A DNA stretch of 63,896 nt, filler included, from Bradymonadales bacterium (GTDB taxonomy: Bacteria; Bdellovibrionota; UBA2394), in NCBI GenBank assembly GCA_007693605.1. It is 5 parts of 4 records of this genome, joined end to end, with 100 filler letters (N's around TTAATTAATTAA, not from the genome) between each part and the next. Parts side by side here need not be neighbours in the genome. Positions count along the whole stretch, not along the records: positions 28,092 to 42,443 come from REDG01000055.1; positions 42,544 to 48,797 come from REDG01000051.1; 3 more parts are not named here. One strand, given 5' to 3'. This document shows positions 37,154 through 48,897 of the stretch, one piece after another (the stretch's first letter is position 1; every line of letters begins with the position of its first letter). A model generated the notes under the pieces. It saw nothing but the letters and a program-made list of their open reading frames with translations, was not told the origin of the DNA and ran no database searches. A program made the translations under genes and the position numbers.

Positions 37154-39144
37154 GCGGTCATCTTCTCTGGCACACTGTTGTTTGTCATCAAAGGAATCGG
37201 AACATCCATGCTTTCCGTCACCGCACGGAACATTTCTTTTTCCGTGGGTTTAAGTTTTCCATTGGAACAAACACAAGCCCACGCGGCCTGAAGAAAGCTT
37301 TCTTTTTCCTTCTCGGGGCTTTGTCGCAAAAGGTCCAGTGCCCGATTGAGGTCTCGGAGGTTGAGATCTTCAGGAGAGTGATAGAAGAGTTTGCTTCCGT
37401 TAAGAAGTAAATGTTGAGCGTCAGAGAATGCCTTTTTTGACTCTCCGAGATTGTCTGTGCCGGAGTGGGCGAGGGCTGAGAGCACGAGACTCATGGCTTC
37501 GCTAGCCTTCAGTTTGAACTCCTTCTGAGCGGTGGAGGCGATGAGTTGGCTGCTCAGAATCTTTAGCAGCGCAAACTCGAACAAGTGAAGCTTTTGATCT
37601 GCCTTCGCTAGTTGGCCTGAGACTTCAATCACCCTTGATTTTTCTGGGTCTGAAAGACTTCGCAGGCTTGGCATACAGAGATCAATCAGAGGGAGTCGTA
37701 CATCGCTGCCTAGATTCGAAATTTCAGCGAAGTGACTTCGAAGGTCTCTGTTCTGCAAACTGGTAAGCTCCGATCCTAGCAAATCGAGCTGCCTCTCGAG
37801 GGCGGAAGGCTCAGGGTTTAAGAAAAGAGAGTAGACGACAACTTTGGCGCTCTCTGGATGAGAGGTCGACTCTTTCAGTTGAACAGAAAATCGACTCATC
37901 AAATTGGAGGCGGCGAGAAGTGTTAAGCTGGAGATGCTTCCGATTTGGGATAGCGGCTCGTTTTGGCTGAGCACGGGGAAATTCTGCATTCCGGGTAAGC
38001 CGCCACCAAGAATGTTTGCGCCAGAGGTCGGGCTTGAAGTAGTGGCAGGGGCTGGGGCTGTTGAGCTCGGTTGTTGGCCCGTCAGCTTGGAGCTTGAGCC
38101 AGTGGCCGCCCTTTTGGGTTCGGACTTTGGAACGCGGAAACTTGGGTCAATGGCTCGGATGCGATTTTCAAGAGGGGGATGGGTTCGAGTGGCTCGTGTC
38201 CAGCTTGAGTAGAGAGGGCTCGCCAGAAAGAAGTGGCTGAGTTCTTGAGCATGTGGGTCATCAATCTTTCCCTGCTCTGACCAGCCTCCAATTTTTTTCA
38301 GAGCCCCAGCAATGCCGTCCGGATTTCTAGTGAACTGCACGGCACTGGCATCAGCGAGATACTCTCGTTGCCTAGAAACAGCGCCTTGTATCACTCGGCC
38401 CAGCGCGACTCCTAAGCTGCCAATCACAATCAGGGCTAGGCCCAAAAGCGCAATCTGTCCCCCGCCTTTTCCTACTCTTCCGGCACCTCGACGCCCCCCA
38501 GAAAAGCCCATTCCTCGAAGGAGGATGTGCCCGAGCAGACTGATCGAAAAAATACCGTGAAGCGCGCCCAGCAGCCGCATATTTAAGAGCATATCTCCAT
38601 TAAAAATATGACTAAACTCATGGGCAACAACGCCCTGCAATTCGTCACGAGTCAGAGTCTCAAGACTGCCCTTTGTGACTCCAATCACCGCACTATTTGG
38701 ACTAAAGCCTGCCGCAAAGGCATTGATTCCCGGTTCATTGAGAATGTAGACGAAGGGAACGGCAATTCCAGAGGCGATCGACATCTCTTCGACCACATTC
38801 ATGAGCATTCTTTCCGCCGGATCCTTTGTGGCCGGATCAACAATTCGACCCCCAAGAGACTCGGCCACCGACTCTCCGCCATGGGAAGAAATCTGCCACC
38901 ACTTGACTCCACTCATTCCAAAAATTATGCCGAGCGTCACAAGGCTCACCCAAAACACAATCTGGTAGCTTATGCGCGAGGCACCCAAGGGTTCGCTCAA
39001 AAGTTGCTGGGCCTCTGAAAACCAGATGATGCCCAGTACGCACAAATTGACCGCGACCAAGACCCCAAGAACGGCTCCCACGAAAAGCAGAATCAGCAGC
39101 TTCGTTTTCTTCTTGGCTTGATCTTGATGTTCAAAAAAGTTCAC
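37150..39144 (-). CDS. M48-family metallopeptidase (HtpX-like, LemA-associated)
   Basis: MNFFEHQ, INAFAAG, AHEFSH, SRQREYLADA, THPPL. Confidence 0.93.
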   Translation of the reverse strand: MNFFEHQDQAKKKTKLLILLFVGAVLGVLVAVNLCVLGIIWFSEAQQLLSEPLGASRISYQIVFWVSLVTLGIIFGMSGVKWWQISSHGGESVAESLGGRIVDPATKDPAERMLMNVVEEMSIASGIAVPFVYILNEPGINAFAAGFSPNSAVIGVTKGSLETLTRDELQGVVAHEFSHIFNGDMLLNMRLLGALHGIFSISLLGHILLRGMGFSGGRRGAGRVGKGGGQIALLGLALIVIGSLGVALGRVIQGAVSRQREYLADASAVQFTRNPDGIAGALKKIGGWSEQGKIDDPHAQELSHFFLASPLYSSWTRATRTHPPLENRIRAIDPSFRVPKSEPKRAATGSSSKLTGQQPSSTAPAPATTSSPTSGANILGGGLPGMQNFPVLSQNEPLSQIGSISSLTLLAASNLMSRFSVQLKESTSHPESAKVVVYSLFLNPEPSALERQLDLLGSELTSLQNRDLRSHFAEISNLGSDVRLPLIDLCMPSLRSLSDPEKSRVIEVSGQLAKADQKLHLFEFALLKILSSQLIASTAQKEFKLKASEAMSLVLSALAHSGTDNLGESKKAFSDAQHLLLNGSKLFYHSPEDLNLRDLNRALDLLRQSPEKEKESFLQAAWACVCSNGKLKPTEKEMFRAVTESMDVPIPLMTNNSVPEKMTA

Positions 39145-39153
39145 AGTGAGAAC

Positions 39154-39747
39154 TTAACCGAACGAAACCTTCGGAGCCTCTTTTACTGCCGCTTCTTGTA
39201 CCTCGAAGAGCTGAGCTGACTGAAAATTGAAAATTCCGCTGATCAAGTTGTTAGGAAAGACTTCTCTAGAGGTATTATAGGACATCACCGAATCATTGTA
39301 AGCTTGTCGGGCATAGGCCACGCGGTTCTCTGTCGAGGTCAATTCTTCGGTCAATTGCATCATGTTCTGGTTCGCCTTTAGGTCTGGATAAGCCTCCGCC
39401 AAAGCGAACAATCTGCCAAGAACTCCACTCAGTTGACCTTCGGCCCCAAGGACGGCACGGATATTGTTCGGATCGCCTGGGTCTTGACTGGCTTTCTGGT
39501 TGGCAGAAGAGGCTTGATTTCTGGCTTGAATCACGGCTTCGAGAGTCTCTCTCTCGTGCTTCATATAGCCCTTGGCCGTCTCAACAAGGTTGGGAATCAG
39601 ATCGTAGCGGCGTCGTAGCTGAACATCGATTTGTGCATAGGCATTTTTAAATCGATTTCGCATGGTCACCAGGCGATTGTAAATGCTCACGATAAAAATC
39701 AGAGAAAGTCCGATGAGCACGAATAGGCCAATGAGTAGATAGTTCAT
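39154..39747 (-). CDS. lemA: LemA family protein
   Basis: YNRLV, QIDVQLRRRYDLIPNLVE, EAYPDLKAN; GAGGAGG SD before ATG 39747. Confidence 0.96.
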   Translation of the reverse strand: MNYLLIGLFVLIGLSLIFIVSIYNRLVTMRNRFKNAYAQIDVQLRRRYDLIPNLVETAKGYMKHERETLEAVIQARNQASSANQKASQDPGDPNNIRAVLGAEGQLSGVLGRLFALAEAYPDLKANQNMMQLTEELTSTENRVAYARQAYNDSVMSYNTSREVFPNNLISGIFNFQSAQLFEVQEAAVKEAPKVSFG

Positions 39748-39856
39748 AGATCCTCCTCTCAATATTCTGAGAAGCTCTCACCTGTTTGGCAAGTTGAATG
39801 AGCCCCTTTTGTGGAAAGAGGTTGCCTTTCTGAAGAAGCTTTTTTAAGAGCAGGCC

Positions 39857-40915
39857 ATGGAGTCGGAGTTTTACGAAATTCTAAAGTTTTATACTGCCCA
39901 ATGGAGCTACCTGTTCGTTGGAATTTTAGTGGCGATGGGGCTGTATGCGGCGCTCTCGATTGTTCGGAGGCTGTTGATTGCGAGCCTCTCTCGCGTTCAG
40001 ACAAGAAAGGAGTTCGAGCTCAATCGGGTACTCATTGAGCAGCTCCAGGCCACTCGTTGGTGGTTTTTGCTAGCCGTTTCAGCTTTGGTGGGCAGTCAGT
40101 TCATTGAAGAAACCAAGTTTCTACAAGACTTTTTCAGAAAGGCAACGATTCTGATCGCTCTTGTTCAGGTCTGGATTTGGTCGAGACCCTGTCTGCAGTA
40201 TTCCATTCAAAAGGTGACTTCGACGGGAAAGAGTTCTCAACAAGCGGCTCCCATCATTCTCTTTTTGTTAAAGACAGCGCTGTTGTCGATTCTTCTACTT
40301 GTCGGCCTTGACAACCTGGGGGTGAACATCACCGCCTTGATCGCAGGGCTTGGGATCGGTGGAATTGCCGTGGCGTTGGCCTTGCAGAATGTTTTAGGAG
40401 ATCTGTTTGGTTCTCTCTCTATTTTATTGGATAAACCCTTTCAGACTGGTGATTTTGTGATTGTTGATGAATTCGCAGGCACCGTCGAGCGGGTTGGTTT
40501 AAAGACCACTCGAATTCAAAGTCTAACGGGTGAACAACTTGTTTTTGCAAACAGCGACCTTTTGGCCAGTCGAATCCGCAACTACAAGCAGATGAAGAAA
40601 AGACGGATTGTTTTTCCATTTGGAGTCACCTACCAAACGAGTCTTGAGAACTTAAAAAAAATTCCGAACATTGTTCGAGAGGTGATTGAGCCAATTGCTG
40701 AGGCCGAATTGGATCGGGTTCATTTTCATGTTTTCGGGGATTTTTCTCTGAATTTTGAAGTCGTCTATTTTGTTTCAATTCCAGACTATGCGATCTATAT
40801 GGAGGTGCAGCAGAAAATCAATTTGGGATTGATGGAGAGCTTTCAGAAAGAGGGCATTGAGTTCGCCTATCCGACGCAGACTGTGTTTGTTCAAAAACAG
40901 GAATCAAGTGGATGA
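39857..40915 (+). CDS. small-conductance mechanosensitive channel family protein
   Basis: GLGIGGIAVALALQ, DKPFQTGD, GTVERVGLKTT, IEFAYPTQT. Confidence 0.95.
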   Translation: MESEFYEILKFYTAQWSYLFVGILVAMGLYAALSIVRRLLIASLSRVQTRKEFELNRVLIEQLQATRWWFLLAVSALVGSQFIEETKFLQDFFRKATILIALVQVWIWSRPCLQYSIQKVTSTGKSSQQAAPIILFLLKTALLSILLLVGLDNLGVNITALIAGLGIGGIAVALALQNVLGDLFGSLSILLDKPFQTGDFVIVDEFAGTVERVGLKTTRIQSLTGEQLVFANSDLLASRIRNYKQMKKRRIVFPFGVTYQTSLENLKKIPNIVREVIEPIAEAELDRVHFHVFGDFSLNFEVVYFVSIPDYAIYMEVQQKINLGLMESFQKEGIEFAYPTQTVFVQKQESSG

Positions 40916-40955
40916 GTAAAGGAAATGTCTTCAGATCTGAGTGGGGGGTGTCCGA

Positions 40956-41480
40956 GTGAATCGATCTCGTTTGGAGTCCTTGATTCGAGAGGTTGCTGAC
41001 TTTCCTCGCCCTGGAATTCAGTTTAAAGACATCACCCCTGTGCTTCAAGACCCTGAAGGATTTCAGTTTTTGGTCGCAGAGATGTCGGACCAGTTGAAGA
41101 GTTTTGGAAAGATTGAAAAGTTGGTAGCGGTTGAGTCGCGCGGTTTTATTCTGGCCTCCGCTTTGGCAGTTCGAAATCACTTGTCTCTGGCCCTTGTTCG
41201 CAAGCCCGGAAAGCTGCCTTGGAAACATATCACAGAGTCTTACGAGCTGGAGTACGGACAGGGAGAGCTTTCAATGCATGTCGACGCGGTGAGAGAGAAC
41301 GAAAAGCTGGTGATTGTGGATGATCTGCTTGCCACGGGAGGAACATTAGAGGCTTCCGCCAAGCTTTGCGAGAAATTGGGTGGAGAAGTGATTGGCCTTC
41401 AGGTCTTCATAGAGCTTTCGGCATTAGGAGGAAGGGAGAGGCTCGGCGCCTACTCCCTCAGCTCCCTTTTCAAAATCTAA
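40956..41480 (+). CDS. apt: adenine phosphoribosyltransferase
   Basis: DFPRPGIQFKDIT, ESRGF, RKPGKLP, YELEYG, VDDLLATGGT. Confidence 0.96.
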   Translation: MNRSRLESLIREVADFPRPGIQFKDITPVLQDPEGFQFLVAEMSDQLKSFGKIEKLVAVESRGFILASALAVRNHLSLALVRKPGKLPWKHITESYELEYGQGELSMHVDAVRENEKLVIVDDLLATGGTLEASAKLCEKLGGEVIGLQVFIELSALGGRERLGAYSLSSLFKI

Positions 41481-41575
41481 AACTTTGCAGACGAAAAGAA
41501 ACTTCTAGATTCTCTCTAGAGCAATGAAGATTCCCTTGTCTACCTTTGAGAAGAAGTCCTGTCTGCCGGACCCAC

Positions 41576-41908
41576 TTATCGAAGGATTTCGATGGCCTCT
41601 CGGCCCTTCATTCCTACCCGCAATCCCAGTTCTTCTGCTCTTTGGGAGATGCTTCTCACTTCAGCGGTGAGCATGTCTTCATGAGTCATGACACCAGTCA
41701 CAATCGCACAAGCCTCCTTTGTCCGATTGCAGGTCTCTGGGTCGATATAGCCACAAGCCAAAATGCCCTTAGAGCCCTTGATAATAATCAGGGGCAGAGA
41801 GAGAGCGATTCTCTCTCTCGAGAGTCCGGTCCAGTCCATCTCTTGGGCTTGAACTTGTGAAAAACCTGTGATTCCGACAATGAATCCTAAGACGAGTATC
41901 ATTTTCAT
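41576..41908 (-). CDS. YunC/DUF1805 family protein with an N-terminal signal peptide
   Basis: KGILACGY, AIVTGV, GMKGREA motifs. Confidence 0.8.
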   Translation of the reverse strand: MKMILVLGFIVGITGFSQVQAQEMDWTGLSRERIALSLPLIIIKGSKGILACGYIDPETCNRTKEACAIVTGVMTHEDMLTAEVRSISQRAEELGLRVGMKGREAIEILR

Positions 41909-42017
41909 AGGGGAGCCTCCAGTAGTTCTGCGTTGTTCGCTTCAATTTGAAAATGCAGAACCTAAATAGATTTCAGTCTATCGTCAACTCCCATACAAGA
42001 ATGAAACCCTCGCCCAA

Positions 42018-42443
42018 GTGTTTGATCTTACGAATGTTTTTTGGCTACCTTTCCCGCTGGTAGCCTGTTCAAATGAAATCTATAAACGAGAAATGCTCAG
42101 AGGCCTGGTGTTCGGCTTATCTCTCTTTCTCCCCCTTCATTCCACACTTTCCCACACCTCTGTCTTGGAAGGCGTACTCGCTGAATTTGAATTGAGCACG
42201 CCAGTTCTTATTCACATTTTTCCAGGAAGTCCGTTCGCTCGTAGAGATCGAGTCAGTCCTCAGTTTTTGTATTTCGAACCCGGGAATTCTTGGTTGATTT
42301 CAGGGGATCTAGCCGAACCAGAACGAGATCCTGACCGAATCATTTCTAAAATGCGTAAGAATTTTGTGCTGGTGGTCGATCCTCGATCATTGAGTTTAGA
42401 ATTTCTAGCCACGCTACAGTCGAAAACTGTCTCGCGGCAATCC
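42018..42443 (+). CDS. hypothetical exported protein, truncated at the contig end
   Basis: Open frame running into the linker; signal-like MLRGLVFGLSLFLPL; start uncertain. Confidence 0.45.
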
Positions 42444-42543
42444 NNNNNNNNNNNNNNNNNNNNNNNNNNNNNNNNNNNNNNNNNNNNTTAATTAATTAAN
42501 NNNNNNNNNNNNNNNNNNNNNNNNNNNNNNNNNNNNNNNNNNN
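42444..42543. other. artificial contig linker
   Basis: N-run with TTAATTAATTAA. Confidence 0.98.
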
Positions 42544-44436
<1,893 letters not shown>

Positions 44437-44710
44437 AAAGTAAGCTGAGGTTGCTGAAAAACTTTTGGGGAAATATCAAACTCCAAAAAGTCTCAAGCTT
44501 CGAAGCAGGAGTTCTTGATCGAGAGATCAAGAATCGAAACTCGGAGCCAAGAGAAGTTTTGGAAGATAAACAACCAAAAGCACTTGAGGATAAACCAATA
44601 TACACACACTTAAAAAAATGCGGGTCCAGGTCATCTGAACGACAGTGTCAGATTCTGGACACTCTTCACCTCTTCAAATTTTAAAGAACGATCTCTCTCG
44701 TTCGAAGGTT

Positions 44711-44827
44711 TTGATGTGTCGATGGAGAGCGTGATACACCGGATCCCATCCCGAACTCCGAAGTTAAGCCGCTCGTCGCCGATGGTACTGCATGGGAAGC
44801 TATGTGGAAGAGTAGGTAGATGCATCT
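44711..44827 (+). rRNA. rrf: 5S rRNA
   Basis: CACCGGATCCCATCCCGAACTCCGAAGTTAAG, GCCGATGGTACT, GAGTAGGT; terminal helix GATGTGTC/GATGCATC. Confidence 0.95.
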
Positions 44828-44833
44828 TTATAT

Positions 44834-44868
44834 AAAGCCCGATTGGGGAAACTCAATCGGGCTTTTTT
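44834..44868 (+). terminator. intrinsic terminator of the rRNA operon
   Basis: AAAGCCCGATTG-GGGAAACT-CAATCGGGCTTT followed by a T run. Confidence 0.9.
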
Positions 44869-44919
44869 ATTGGCTTGGATGATACCTTTTAGAAGTGATT
44901 TGGCGACAATACCGTGTCG

Positions 44920-45810
44920 CTAAAAGTGAATTTTTTGGTCTCGGCCTTCGCGGGCGAGCTGAACTTTGGGGCCTGAAGTTTCGTAGGCCTTTTGCACATA
45001 ATCGATAGCTTGTCTTTCGAGATCTTCGAGTTTCTCGTCCGAATAACTGGGGTCAAAGTGAAATAGGTAGGTGGATCGCACCTGGTGCTCAGCGCAAACA
45101 TCAAGAGCTCGCTTGAAGCTTGAATGACCATAGCCCGCCTTTTTCAACGAGTCTCCGACCAGATACTGGGAGTCAACTACCGCGATATCCGCCCCCTGAA
45201 AGACTTCTTTTGCTGGATCTGGTAGGGGGTCATAGTCAGAATCGGTCGCATAAACAAAACTCAATCGAGGGCTCTCGACCCGAAAGGCAAAACTGTCACC
45301 CGGATGATTTAATCGAGCGCACTGAATCTTCAGGCCTTCCCGCTCAATCGTCTCTCCCTCTTTCAATAAGCTGATTTTTATCTTGTTTAAGTAATTCTCT
45401 AAGGGAACCGGATGAAATCGAGGATCAAACAAAGTAGCCAACCTCTGATGAGTGTCTTCAAAGCAACTGATGATCTCAATCGGAGTATCCGAATAAATCA
45501 GAGTTGGAAAAAACGGAAGCCCCTGAATATGATCCCAGTGAAAGTGGCTAATAAAAAGTGTGATGCGCTTGAACTCTCGATCAACCCCCGCATCTCGAAT
45601 GCCTGAGCCCGCATCGAAAATAAAACTGATGCCCTCAGAAAACTCAAGTTCAACACAACTCGTATGCGAGCCTACAAGCGAAGCATTTGAAGAGAGACTG
45701 CCCCGAACGCCCCAGAATCGAAGAAGGGCCTCGCCCCGTTCGATCCTCTGATTTCGAAGAGCATTTTCATTTGGCATCATTTTGCCTTTCTTGCCTTTGT
45801 CCCCTGGCAT
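44920..45810 (-). CDS. MBL-fold metallo-hydrolase (putative phosphodiesterase); start may be near 45780
   Basis: FWGVRGS, DAGSG, SHFHWDHIQGLPFF, GHSS, FHFDP. Confidence 0.9.
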   Translation of the reverse strand: MPGDKGKKGKMMPNENALRNQRIERGEALLRFWGVRGSLSSNASLVGSHTSCVELEFSEGISFIFDAGSGIRDAGVDREFKRITLFISHFHWDHIQGLPFFPTLIYSDTPIEIISCFEDTHQRLATLFDPRFHPVPLENYLNKIKISLLKEGETIEREGLKIQCARLNHPGDSFAFRVESPRLSFVYATDSDYDPLPDPAKEVFQGADIAVVDSQYLVGDSLKKAGYGHSSFKRALDVCAEHQVRSTYLFHFDPSYSDEKLEDLERQAIDYVQKAYETSGPKVQLAREGRDQKIHF

Positions 45811-46007
45811 CTTACTCTCTACTTTTCAACAGACTGGCTCTCCCAAAGAAGGATGCAGCAAACACTTCATCTTATCGGCGGAAGGCTTTGGGGCCTCACA
45901 GCAAAATCCAAGACTTCCCGCAGACGAAAAGACGCCCGTCTAATCCTTCGAATTTACTTGGCTTTTGAGAGCCCCCGAGAAAGGCTTTTTTTCGTTAGAA
46001 TATTTAA

Positions 46008-47834
46008 GTGCGATCGTTTCCGGTTTTTGGTCCTGGGGGGGTCCAAGATCTTATTAATGACCTGAATCAAGAATTCGACTCCGATGCGGGTCGATTGCTG
46101 CTGCTTGATCGTCCTCTGAACTCTGAGCAAGCTGCCGTCCTTCAGAAAATTGAAAATGTCATTTGCTTTGCTGTTCCGAGCACCTACTGGCAAAAGAGTC
46201 TTCACTCGGAAGCCTCTGACCAGAGCTTTTCTGAATCCCTGAAGTCCGATAGCCCTGTTTGGCCCGATTATATCCAAGGCCTTGTGCCAGAGCCTGAAGA
46301 CCCCTTGCAGCTTTCTTGGGCTTTAGAAGAAGCCAAGAGAATCTTTGACTTGCGGTTTGAGGTGCAACAAGCGCGCCACCAGCTTAGCGTTCAACGGCAG
46401 CGCTTGGAAGAAGTGATGAACTCTTCTGTTGAATTGGCCGAAGAGCATGACTTTAAAAAACTCTGCGAGAAAGCCCTCAGTCGGATGCGGCGGCTTACGG
46501 GTGCTGAAGGAGCGAGTCTTTATATCATCGATCATGAAGAGAAGAAAATTCGATTTGTGGCCCTCCAAAACGAAAAGACGGGTTCGACATGGGAGCAGAA
46601 AGTTTTACCTCTCGATAAAAACTCGTTCGTTGGTTCGGCTGCTCTTCAGGGCAAAATTGTCTTTGTGCCGGAAATGCCCAGTGCCGGACGGAAAAGAGGG
46701 AAGTCGAGTAAGTTTTCTAGGGCTTTTGATCGAGAGAACGATTTTGAAACTCGATCCCTTTTGAGCATCCCTCTGGTGAAGTCAGACGACGAAGTGGTGG
46801 GCGTGATTCAGCTCGTGAACTGTCAGTCCAACGAAGTCACAAAGGGCGATTATCTGAAGCTGGTTCAAAGCTTTTCCAATCATGTCGGTGCGGCTTTAGA
46901 GCGGGTTCTCTTGAATCAAAGTATTGAGGAACTTTTTGAAGGCTTCATTCGAGCCTCGGTGACTGCGATTGAGGCTCGAGATCCAACCACCTCGGGTCAT
47001 AGCGAAAGAGTGGCAAAGCTTTGCCTTCATCTCGCACGAGCGGTTCATGAGTCAAAGCAGCCAGCCTTCAAGACCTATTCATTTGACGAACAACAACTCA
47101 AAGAGCTTCGCTATGCTTCACTTCTTCATGACTTTGGCAAGATTGCCGTGCCTGAATCAGTGCTCGTAAAAGAGAAAAAGCTCTTTCCGCATCAGCTTGA
47201 AATCCTCAGACTTCGCATTGAGCTCTTCAAGAACCGATCTCCTGAAATGGCCAAAGACTTCGAGGGTCTTTGGGCGAACATTCTTCAGGCAAACGAGCCG
47301 ACAGTGCTGCCTGAAGAGATTGGCCTGCAACTTGAGCGCTACCTTGAATTTGAAACACAGCTAGATGGGCAGAGACTTCGGCTGCTGGAGCCCGAAGAGA
47401 TGGAGCAGCTGAGAGTTCCGAAGGGGAGTCTCAGCCCTCAAGAGAGGCTAAAAATTCAATCGCATGTCGAATATAGCTATCAGTTTCTGGCTCAAATTCC
47501 TTGGACGAAGCCTCTATCCAGAGTGGCCGAGATTGCTGGCTCTCACCATGAGAAACTGAATGGCAAGGGCTATCCACACCGGCTAAAGGCCGAGCAAATT
47601 CCATTTGAAAGTCAAATCATGGCGGTCACCGATGTTTTTGATGCCCTGACGGCTATGGATCGTCCCTACAAAAAGGCCGTGCCCCTAGAGAAGGCGATTG
47701 AAATCTTAAGAATGGAGGCTCAAGAATTTGCCTTAAATCCCGATTTGGTTCAGCTCTTCGAACAGCAGAGAATTTACAAGGCAATCAAAACGATCGATAT
47801 GCTCGATCTCGATTGGGCGAGTAAGAAGTTCTAA
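46008..47834 (+). CDS. GAF + HD-GYP domain protein
   Basis: GAF (TRSLLSIPL...GVIQLVN), GHSERVA, HDFGK, HHEKLNGKGYP, DVFDALT, RPYK. Confidence 0.92.
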   Translation: MRSFPVFGPGGVQDLINDLNQEFDSDAGRLLLLDRPLNSEQAAVLQKIENVICFAVPSTYWQKSLHSEASDQSFSESLKSDSPVWPDYIQGLVPEPEDPLQLSWALEEAKRIFDLRFEVQQARHQLSVQRQRLEEVMNSSVELAEEHDFKKLCEKALSRMRRLTGAEGASLYIIDHEEKKIRFVALQNEKTGSTWEQKVLPLDKNSFVGSAALQGKIVFVPEMPSAGRKRGKSSKFSRAFDRENDFETRSLLSIPLVKSDDEVVGVIQLVNCQSNEVTKGDYLKLVQSFSNHVGAALERVLLNQSIEELFEGFIRASVTAIEARDPTTSGHSERVAKLCLHLARAVHESKQPAFKTYSFDEQQLKELRYASLLHDFGKIAVPESVLVKEKKLFPHQLEILRLRIELFKNRSPEMAKDFEGLWANILQANEPTVLPEEIGLQLERYLEFETQLDGQRLRLLEPEEMEQLRVPKGSLSPQERLKIQSHVEYSYQFLAQIPWTKPLSRVAEIAGSHHEKLNGKGYPHRLKAEQIPFESQIMAVTDVFDALTAMDRPYKKAVPLEKAIEILRMEAQEFALNPDLVQLFEQQRIYKAIKTIDMLDLDWASKKF

Positions 47835-47864
47835 AGAGACTTTAGCCCTTGAAGGGCGTCTCCT

Positions 47865-48797
47865 TCAAAGATTGTGCGCTTGGCGAAAGTCTTTTGGTAT
47901 TCTCGCAGACTCCAGTGCGTTTCGGCTAAAGTCCCGAATCAGCGTAGCTCGTCTTGCCAAGAGAAGCTCTTCCCTCATATTGGCTCGATCTTCTTCAGAA
48001 AAGTCGCTTTCATCTGATCCCACAAATTCTGTTCCCCTCAAGAAGACAAAGTCCTCTCGAAAGTAGATGGGCCCCTTCAGCGGGGAATGCTCCGAAAGAC
48101 TTTGGGCTTGGCGCTGAATGATTTCTGAGCGCCCAAAGCCAGGAATCTCCTCGGCTTGGAATACTCGAAAGTCGGGGTTGTCCCGCGTTTGGGCTCCCAG
48201 GGCTCTCAAGCTCTCCCATTCTCTTTCTCCGGTTTGGAGTTCAATCGCAATATTTTGAACGAACTGATCTATTCTCTCCGCCATCAGAAGAGACTCCACT
48301 TGTTCTCTGGCTTCTTCGAAACTCATGGGTTGAGCCTCTAAAACTTCATCCGTCCGAAAGACGAACAAACTGTCTTCAAACTCCTCGGGCGATTGCCACT
48401 GTAAAACCGGCGCGGCAAAGGCCTTCTGAAGTACCGCAAAGGGCAACAAAGCCTCTCTTGCGCTCAAGTCAATGGGGTCTGTCACTAAAACCGAAAAGCC
48501 AAGCTCCTCTAAAAGCGGGCTAAAGTCTTGATTTCTTCCCGATACTTGACTGCGAATTCGAGAGACCAACTTCTCTTTTTGGCTTTCAAGCGCTTGTTCT
48601 TGAAGCAAGCTTTTAATCTCAAGCCGCCGATTCTCAAAAGAGTTTTGGTCACTGCTTCGGTCCAAAACATAGAATAGATGAAAGCCAAATCCAGTTTGCA
48701 GTGGCCCAAGAAGATCTCCGCTTCCGGCTGAAAATAGGGCCTCATCAATCTCTTCAATGCTCTCACCTCGCGACACATAGCCACTGTCGCCCCCACG
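47865..48797 (-). CDS. PpiD/SurA-like peptidyl-prolyl isomerase, C-terminal part (5' truncated by the contig edge)
   Basis: Frame is open to the gap and reads RGGDSGYVSRG; GPLQTGFGFHL rotamase motif; FEEAREQV. Confidence 0.75.
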   Translation of the reverse strand, partial: RGGDSGYVSRGESIEEIDEALFSAGSGDLLGPLQTGFGFHLFYVLDRSSDQNSFENRRLEIKSLLQEQALESQKEKLVSRIRSQVSGRNQDFSPLLEELGFSVLVTDPIDLSAREALLPFAVLQKAFAAPVLQWQSPEEFEDSLFVFRTDEVLEAQPMSFEEAREQVESLLMAERIDQFVQNIAIELQTGEREWESLRALGAQTRDNPDFRVFQAEEIPGFGRSEIIQRQAQSLSEHSPLKGPIYFREDFVFLRGTEFVGSDESDFSEEDRANMREELLLARRATLIRDFSRNALESARIPKDFRQAHNL

Positions 48798-48897
48798 NNN
48801 NNNNNNNNNNNNNNNNNNNNNNNNNNNNNNNNNNNNNNNNNTTAATTAATTAANNNNNNNNNNNNNNNNNNNNNNNNNNNNNNNNNNNNNNNNNNNN
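48798..48897. other. artificial contig linker
   Basis: N-run with TTAATTAATTAA. Confidence 0.98.

Noticed and set aside
44899..44910. TTTGGCGACAAT shared with 53545-53556
   Set aside because: 12-mer matches are expected by chance in 64 kb
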